The position numbers and the translations under genes are program-made. From the sequence record NZ_CP088248.1: a stretch of DNA of 52,774 bases; one strand, given 5' to 3'. The notes beneath the pieces were generated by a model, which did no database searches, had not been told where the DNA came from, and worked only from the letters and a program-made list of their open reading frames with translations. The DNA comes from a plasmid. Shown here in pieces: positions 47,053 to 52,774 of the stretch; the stretch's first letter is position 1; every line of letters starts with the position of its first letter.

Positions 47053-48354
47053 ATGCCTGCCGATACCGATCGGCTGGGAGCGACGAGGATGGTTCTGCTG
47101 GGAGAACTCGTCATGATCTTGGACCTGCACCGACAGGGCCTGTCCGTCTCCGCCATCGCCCGCCGGACCGGCCGCGATCCGAAGACGATCCGCAAGTACA
47201 TCGAGCGCGGCCTCGAGCCGCCGGCCTACGGCCCGCGTCAGCCCGGCCGCCCGAGCAAGCTCGCGCCCTATCTCGATTATCTGCGCGAGCGGATCACCGC
47301 CTTCCCCGACCTGAGTGCCGTGCGCCTGACCCGCGAGTTGCGCGAGCGCGGCTACACCGGTGCCTACACCGCGGTGAAGCGGTTCGCCGCCGCGATCCGG
47401 CCGCCCGAGGCCAAGCCCTACGAGGTCCGCTTCGAGACCCCGGCCGGCCAGCAGGCGCAGGTCGACTTCGCCCGCTTCCTCGTCACCTTCACGGATGCGC
47501 CGGACACGACCTGCATCGTCTGGCTGTTCTCGCTGGTGCTCGGCCATTCCCGGCACATCGAGGCGCGCTTCGTCCTGCATCAGGACCTGCAAACGCTGCT
47601 GCGCTGTCACATGCAGGCCTTCACCGCGATCGGCGGCGTGCCGATCGAGATCCTCTACGATCGCATGAAGACGGCGGTCACCGGCGAGGATGCGGACGGC
47701 CACATCGTCTACAACCGATCCCTGCTGGCACTCGCCCAGCACTACGGATTCCTGCCGCGCGCCTGCCGCCCGTACCGGGCCAAGACCAAGGGGAAGGTCG
47801 AGCGACCGTTCTCCTACATCCGCCAGGACTTCTTCCTCGCACGTTCCTTCCGCGACCTCGACGACCTCAACCGCCAGCTTCGGAGCTGGCTCGATACCGT
47901 CGCCAACGTCCGCTTGCACGGCACCACGCAGCGGATCGTCTCGGAAGCCTTCGCCGCCGAGCGGCCCGAGTTGCAGCCCTTGCCGGCTCTGCCCTTCGAC
48001 GCTCTGCTCACGCTGGAGCGGCGCGTCAGCCACGATGGCCTCGTCTCGATCGGTGGCAACTATTACAGCGTACCGGATCGGACCCGGCGCGTCGTCGAGG
48101 TGCATCAGTTGCCCGACACGATCCGCATCCTCGATGGTGGCCGGCTCGTCGCGAGCCATCCGATCCTGGAGGGACGACGGCAGTACCGCATCGACCCCGA
48201 CCATCGGCAAGGCACGGCCGCTCGGGCCATGCGCCGCGGCCATCCCGACGGTCTGCCGATCGGCCGCCATGGCGATCACGTCGCCCGGCGCTCGCTGGCT
48301 GTCTACCAGGCAGTCGGCGAACGGCTCGCCGGCGGGATCGGAGGCCAGCGATGA
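47053..48354 (+). CDS. istA: IS21 family transposase IstA
   Basis: HTH (ILDLHRQGLSVSAIARRTGRDPKTIRKYI), DDE core. Confidence 0.9.
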   Translation: MPADTDRLGATRMVLLGELVMILDLHRQGLSVSAIARRTGRDPKTIRKYIERGLEPPAYGPRQPGRPSKLAPYLDYLRERITAFPDLSAVRLTRELRERGYTGAYTAVKRFAAAIRPPEAKPYEVRFETPAGQQAQVDFARFLVTFTDAPDTTCIVWLFSLVLGHSRHIEARFVLHQDLQTLLRCHMQAFTAIGGVPIEILYDRMKTAVTGEDADGHIVYNRSLLALAQHYGFLPRACRPYRAKTKGKVERPFSYIRQDFFLARSFRDLDDLNRQLRSWLDTVANVRLHGTTQRIVSEAFAAERPELQPLPALPFDALLTLERRVSHDGLVSIGGNYYSVPDRTRRVVEVHQLPDTIRILDGGRLVASHPILEGRRQYRIDPDHRQGTAARAMRRGHPDGLPIGRHGDHVARRSLAVYQAVGERLAGGIGGQR

Positions 48355-49217
48355 GCCGCGCCGCCCCCTGTGTCGCCACGACCCTCGACAGCATCAAGCG
48401 CAGCTTGGTCGGCCTGCGCATGCCGCGCGCCCTGGAGGTGCTCGACGCGACGGTCCGGCGCATCGAGCAGGGCGAGATCGACGGCTTGGCCGCCCTCGAC
48501 GTGATCCTGACCGAGGAACTGACGCTGCGCGAGAACCGCCGCGTGAAGACCGCCCTGCTGGTCGCGCGCCTGACCACGATCAAGACGCTGTCCGGGTTCG
48601 ACTTTGCCTTCCAGCCCTCGCTCGACCGCGAGCGCGTCCTGGCGCTGGCGGAACTGACCTTCATCGACCGGGCCGAGGTCGTCCATCTGCTCGGACCACC
48701 CGGCACCGGCAAGAGCCATCTGGCGATCGCGCTCGCCGTCGAGGCGGTCAAGGCCGGGCGCAGCGTCGTGTTCTCGACGCTGGCCGACCTCGTGACCTCG
48801 CTGGCCAAGGCCGAGCGCGACGGCTCCCTGCGCGAGCGCATCCGCTATCTCTGCCGGGCCTCGCTGCTGGTCGTGGACGAGATCGGCTACCTCCCCGTCG
48901 TCCCCGGTGGCGGCAACCTGTTCTTCCAACTCGTCAACGCGCGCTACGAGCGCGGGGCGATGATCCTGACTTCGAACCGCGGCTTCGCCGAGTGGGGCGA
49001 AGTGTTCGGTGATCCGGTCGTGGCGACAGCCCTGCTCGACCGACTCCTCCACCATGCCGTGGTGATCCAGATCGAGGGGGCGAGCTACCGCCTGCGCCAG
49101 CACGCCGACCTCGTCCCCGAGCACGTCCGCTCCAAGGCCCTGATCGTTCCGCCGCCCGCACCCAGGCGTCGCGGTCGTCCACCCGGAAAGGCTGCCTCCG
49201 ATCACACGGCCGGCTGA
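48351..49217 (+). CDS. istB: IS21 family helper ATPase IstB
   Basis: Walker A GPPGTGKSHLAIALA, DEIGYLPV. ATGA overlap with istA. Confidence 0.9.
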   Translation: MSRAAPCVATTLDSIKRSLVGLRMPRALEVLDATVRRIEQGEIDGLAALDVILTEELTLRENRRVKTALLVARLTTIKTLSGFDFAFQPSLDRERVLALAELTFIDRAEVVHLLGPPGTGKSHLAIALAVEAVKAGRSVVFSTLADLVTSLAKAERDGSLRERIRYLCRASLLVVDEIGYLPVVPGGGNLFFQLVNARYERGAMILTSNRGFAEWGEVFGDPVVATALLDRLLHHAVVIQIEGASYRLRQHADLVPEHVRSKALIVPPPAPRRRGRPPGKAASDHTAG

Positions 49218-49294
49218 TCACCGATCCGCACCGAACCCGCCGGCCAGGGAATTTTGAAAGCCCACAATTGCGGAGACTTCGGTGCCCGTTGACA

Positions 49295-49725
49295 CGCTCC
49301 TCGTAAGCATGACGCTCTGTTACGTCACGCTGCGCCGAGACCCAGTGCGTGATGGAGCCGTTCTTCTCACGCACTGGCGTGATGAGCCACTCTACCACGT
49401 AGGTTGATCCGTCCTTGCGGTAGTTGATGGTCTCGCCTTGGAAGGGGTTACCAGCCCCAAGAGCCATGCGCATCCGGTGCAGGACCCCACCGTCGGTCTC
49501 CGGCCCCTGCAGCAGCCGCGGTGATCGCCCGAGGACCTCGTGCGCTTCGTAGCCGGTCATGCGGGTGAAGGCCGAATTGGTGTACTCGATGCGTGGTCCG
49601 GGCTCATCGAGATCGGCCGAGGTGATGAGGATGGCTTCCCCGGCCGCTTCGACGGCAGCAAGAAGCACATCCAGATCGGGACGAACCTGCGCCGCTCCGT
49701 GATCCTCGCGCAAGTCCTCCTCCAT
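49295..49725 (-). pseudogene. N-terminal PAS-domain fragment of the same histidine kinase gene (other side of IS21 copy 3)
   Basis: ILITSADLDEPGPRIEYTNSAFTRMTGYEAHEVLGRSPRLLQG...INYRKDGSTYVVEWLITPVREKNGSITHWVSAQRDVTERHAYEER is a PAS fold ending exactly at the TSD. Confidence 0.8.
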
Positions 49726-49948
49726 CCAAGCCGCCGCTCTAGACGTCTCCCATCAACCCCCACACCATTTGTTGGTTTCCTACTGTTGCGCTTTCCACCG
49801 TGCCTGGTGTGGTCATGATGAGGGGGCTGGCCCCCAATCAAACCGACACTGCAAAGCTTGGATAGGCGATAGCACTCATGTCAAATTCACACCCATGCGC
49901 TGCATCACATAGGGCGTCTTGCGTCTTGCTTGCTTCGGAAGCACGCGA

Positions 49949-50344
49949 TCATGGCTTGTGCAGAGCCTCGTTGGGCGACATGGGCATCATGTTCTGATCC
50001 ATGTGATACATCACCCATATCGATCCAACCAAGGTAATCAGCACAAGCGTCAGCGTGAAAACGAGGGCGAGAAAGGTCCATCCGCCCTCGGATTTCATGT
50101 TTAAGTGCAAGAAATAGATCATGTGGACGAAAATCTGCACGACGGCAAAGCCCATGATGACGATATCGGTCTTAAGCTTGCTGTCGAGAACATCGCCCAT
50201 CACGAGCCAGAACGGTATTGCCGTGAGGATGACTGAGAGGATGAACCCCGTCATGTAGCCCGACCGGGTGCCATGAGCAGGGCCGTGGCCGGTCCCATGC
50301 ATATGTGGACCAGTGCCGTGTACAGGGTGAGCCGGAGCACTCAT
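49949..50344 (-). CDS. cyoD: Cytochrome bo3 ubiquinol oxidase subunit IV
   Basis: Three TM helices. Similarity to CyoD (GFILSVILTAIPFWLV). ATGA overlap with the cyoC stop. His/Gly-rich N-terminus. Confidence 0.8.
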   Translation of the reverse strand: MSAPAHPVHGTGPHMHGTGHGPAHGTRSGYMTGFILSVILTAIPFWLVMGDVLDSKLKTDIVIMGFAVVQIFVHMIYFLHLNMKSEGGWTFLALVFTLTLVLITLVGSIWVMYHMDQNMMPMSPNEALHKP

Positions 50345-50967
50345 CGCGTCGCTCCCATCAGGTACACAAAGGTGAAGACGCCGATCCACACCACGTCGAG
50401 GAAATGCCAGAACATCGAGAGGCATAGGAGGCGACGCTGGTTGTCAGCGATCAGCCCGTGCTGCCGCACCTGGAACATCAGCGTCACGAGCCAGATGATC
50501 CCGAATGTCACGTGGAGCCCGTGCGTCCCGACCAGGAGGAAGAACGAAGAGAGAAAGGCGCTCCGCTGGGGCGTGGCGCCCTCATGGATCAGGTGCGCGA
50601 ACTCATAGAACTCGATGGCGAGGAACCCAGCTCCGAGCACGCCTGTCGCGGCGAGCCAGCGCAGGACCGCGTCCACCTGCTCCTCCTCCATCTTCAGCAT
50701 GGCAAAGCCATAGGTGATGGAGGACAGGAGCAGGAGGCTGGTGTTGAGAGCAACGAGCTTGAGGTCGAACAGCTCGGCGCCGGATGGGCCTGCCGCGTAG
50801 TTCCGGCCGAGCACGCCGTAGCAGGCGAAGAGCACCGCAAAAATGAGGCAGTCGCTCATCAGGTAGAGCCAGAAGCCCAGGAGCGTGCCCCCGTCACCGT
50901 GGGCATGCTCCTCCTGCTCGTAGAAGACCGGAGCCGTAGCGCCGGGTGGGGCGGTCACTTCATGCAT
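50341..50967 (-). CDS. cyoC: Cytochrome bo3 ubiquinol oxidase subunit III
   Basis: Near-collinear with E. coli CyoC (FGFWLYLMSDCLIFAVLFA, GTHGLHVTFGIIWL, SMFWHFLDVVWIGVFT). Confidence 0.9.
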   Translation of the reverse strand: MHEVTAPPGATAPVFYEQEEHAHGDGGTLLGFWLYLMSDCLIFAVLFACYGVLGRNYAAGPSGAELFDLKLVALNTSLLLLSSITYGFAMLKMEEEQVDAVLRWLAATGVLGAGFLAIEFYEFAHLIHEGATPQRSAFLSSFFLLVGTHGLHVTFGIIWLVTLMFQVRQHGLIADNQRRLLCLSMFWHFLDVVWIGVFTFVYLMGATR

Positions 50968-50970
50968 GGC

Positions 50971-52774
50971 TCAGACCCGTCCCACCAGTTGCGCCGCTCT
51001 CTGGGCTTCGAGCCGGTTCACTTCCGCGGCCGGGATATAGAAGCTCGTGTGGTAGTTGAACGTGTGCCTGATCGAGACCGCAATCAGGGCAATGAGCGAC
51101 AGGGCGGCGAGCCACCACACGTACCAGACCAAGGCAAACCCAAGCACAGTGCTCAGAGCGGCCAGTGTCATGCCCATCGCCGTGTTGCAGGGCATGTGAA
51201 TGGGTCTGAAGCCTCCTGCTGGCCGCTCATGGCCGCGCTTCTTCATGTCCCACCAGGCGTCGAGATCGTGCACCACGGGTGTGAACGCGAAGTTGTAGGG
51301 GGGTGGGGGTGAGGAGGTGGACCACTCAAGCGTCCGTCCACCCCAGGGATCACCGGTAAGGTCACGCAGCTGCTCGCGTCGCAGGATGCTCACGAGAAGC
51401 TGCACGACAAAGGCCAGGATGCCAGCCATGATGATGAAGGCGCCGAACGCCGCAACCATCAGGTAGGGCTGCACCGACGGATCGTCGAAATGCTGGGTCC
51501 GACGCGTCTCGCCCATTAGACCGAGGGCATAGATCGGCGTGAACACGACCCAGAAGCCAACCAGCCAGCACCAGAAGCTGACCTTTCCCCAGAAGGGGTC
51601 GAGACGGAAGCCGAAGGCTTTCGGGAACCAGTACTGCACGCCGGCGAGCAGCCCGAACACGACGCCGCCGATGATGACGTTGTGGAAATGCGCAACCAGG
51701 AACAGGCTGTTGTGGAGGACAAAGTCGGCCGGCGGCACGGCAAGCAGCACGCCGGTCAGGCCACCCAGCACGAAGGTCGGGATGAAACCCATGACCCAAA
51801 TGAAGGGGCCCTCGAAGCGGATCTTGCCCCGGTACATGGTGAACAGCCAGTTGAACACCTTGGCCCCGGTCGGGATCGAGATGATCATGGTCGTGATGCC
51901 GAAGAAGGCGTTGACGTTGGCGCCGGCACCCATCGTGAAGAAGTGGTGGAGCCAGGTCAGCCATGACACGAGCGCGATGACAGCGGTGGCGTAGACCATC
52001 GACGTATAGCCAAACAGCCGCTTTCCGCAGAACGTCGAGACGATCTCCGAGTAGATGCCGAAGGCAGGTAGGACGAGTACGTAAACCTCCGGATGCCCCC
52101 AGATCCAGATGAGGTTCATGTACAGCATCGAGTTGCCGCCGTAATCGTTCGTGAAGAAGTGTGTCCCCACGTAACGATCACAGGCCAGAAGAGCCAACGT
52201 GGCGGTCAGAACCGGAAAAATCGTGACGATGATTGCATTGCTAGCGAGCGTGGTCCAGCAGAACACCGGCAGCTTCATCATAGTCATGCCGGGCGCGCGC
52301 ATCTTCACGATGGTCGCGATCAAATTGATCGCAGACAGCGTCGTGCCGACGCCGGCGATCTGTAGGCTCCAGATGTAGTAATCGACACCGACGCCCGGGC
52401 TGTAGGCTGCTCCGGAGAGCGGCGGGTAGGCAAGCCAACCCGTACGGGCAAACTCGCCCACAAACAGCGACAGCATCGTCAGGATGGCGCCGCCTGCCGT
52501 CATCCAGAAGCTGAAGTTGTTGAGAAATGGAAAGGCCACATCGCGCGCTCCGATCTGGAGCGGCATGATGTAATTCATCACCCCGGTCACGAATGGCATC
52601 GCCATGAAGAAGATCATGATCGTGCCGTGGGCGGTGAAGATCTGATCGTAGTGATGCGGTGGCAGGTAACCCTGTGCCTCTCCGACCGAGAGAGCCTTTT
52701 GTGTGACCATCATGATTGCGTCGGCAAAGCCGCGCAGCAGCATTACGATGGCGAGGATGATGTACATGATGCCG
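50971..52774 (-). CDS. cyoB: Cytochrome bo3 ubiquinol oxidase subunit I, C-terminal 601 codons. Continues from 200..1 across the window junction.
   Basis: Heme-copper oxidase subunit I with CyoB-specific stretches ([29 protein letters not shown]). The reading frame enters from the right edge with ...GIMYII. Confidence 0.9.
   Translation of the reverse strand, partial: GIMYIILAIVMLLRGFADAIMMVTQKALSVGEAQGYLPPHHYDQIFTAHGTIMIFFMAMPFVTGVMNYIMPLQIGARDVAFPFLNNFSFWMTAGGAILTMLSLFVGEFARTGWLAYPPLSGAAYSPGVGVDYYIWSLQIAGVGTTLSAINLIATIVKMRAPGMTMMKLPVFCWTTLASNAIIVTIFPVLTATLALLACDRYVGTHFFTNDYGGNSMLYMNLIWIWGHPEVYVLVLPAFGIYSEIVSTFCGKRLFGYTSMVYATAVIALVSWLTWLHHFFTMGAGANVNAFFGITTMIISIPTGAKVFNWLFTMYRGKIRFEGPFIWVMGFIPTFVLGGLTGVLLAVPPADFVLHNSLFLVAHFHNVIIGGVVFGLLAGVQYWFPKAFGFRLDPFWGKVSFWCWLVGFWVVFTPIYALGLMGETRRTQHFDDPSVQPYLMVAAFGAFIIMAGILAFVVQLLVSILRREQLRDLTGDPWGGRTLEWSTSSPPPPYNFAFTPVVHDLDAWWDMKKRGHERPAGGFRPIHMPCNTAMGMTLAALSTVLGFALVWYVWWLAALSLIALIAVSIRHTFNYHTSFYIPAAEVNRLEAQRAAQLVGRV

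Larger units (their letters stand above)
46936..49294. mobile_element. IS21-family insertion sequence, copy 3, with 5-bp target-site duplication CGCTC
   Basis: Ends TGTCAGCGGGCG... / ...CCCGTTGACA. Subterminal inverted matches CCAGGGAATTTTCGATGCCCACAAT / CCAGGGAATTTTGAAAGCCCACAAT. CGCTC at 46931..46935 and 49295..49299. Confidence 0.8.

Noticed and set aside
46965-49217. 750-aa ORF spanning IS21 copy 3. The similar 37429..38937 (502 aa) and 36866..38122 / 36200..36841 minus-strand ORFs are the same kind of thing.
   Set aside because: Alternative-frame or antisense read-through of istA/istB in GC-rich DNA. The real genes are the two overlapping istA/istB ORFs with clear motifs.
1-52774. rRNA, tRNA, tmRNA, prophage or integron features
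   Set aside because: None seen. No tRNA-like cloverleaf candidates with GTTC/T-loop context, no integrase/attC arrays, no phage structural genes.

Overview
High-GC (about 68%) alphaproteobacterial DNA. The two ends of the window join seamlessly inside one cyoB gene. The left edge reads ...SVDHKK-I, the right edge reads [22 protein letters not shown], and the joined reading frame is aligned residue-for-residue with E. coli CyoB (HKRLGIMYII). The window is therefore most likely a complete circular replicon of 52,774 bp (plasmid-like) linearised inside cyoB.

Backbone modules:
- Partition: parA plus an RHH ParG-like gene.
- Replication: repA (RPA family) followed by a textbook oriV with six 21-22-bp iterons plus one distal copy, two perfect DnaA boxes and an AT-rich stretch.
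- Mobilisation: a MobA/MobL (MOBQ) relaxase, a candidate oriT and a TraG/VirD4 coupling protein, with no mating-pair-formation genes, so the replicon is mobilisable only.
- Cargo: a complete cyoABCD cytochrome bo3 oxidase operon with an MHS/MFS transporter; an FNR-like, a Crp-like and a Cys-less Ros/MucR regulator; general-stress-response genes (YsnF/DUF2382 pair behind a sigma-EcfG-type promoter, an orphan NepR-like anti-sigma gene, YciF/DUF892); an AraC regulator; a CHASE3-GGDEF cyclase; an MCP; and a HWE kinase with a receiver.
- Mobile elements: four IS (one ISL3, three different IS21-family). One IS21 cleanly splits a PAS-HWE kinase gene (5-bp TSD CGCTC; excision restores the frame). Another truncates a multi-PAS HWE kinase.
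- Other: a Hin-like serine recombinase with an HNH nuclease and a hix-like palindrome; an Abi_2 gene with an XRE regulator.

Most notable is a low-GC four-gene island, 24.5-27.0 kb: SLOG/LOG-like Rossmann protein, ThsB-like TIR (DUF1863), C14 caspase-like peptidase, and a second TIR. It looks like an uncharacterised Thoeris-like TIR-signalling defence system with a caspase effector.

A dispersed AT-rich motif family (core TACGATTTT/AAAATCGTA, with TGCAGAAAT and CCGCTTTTACGA companions) occurs at least 10 times in backbone intergenic regions. It is a candidate centromere/operator network.

No rRNA, tRNA or CRISPR was seen.
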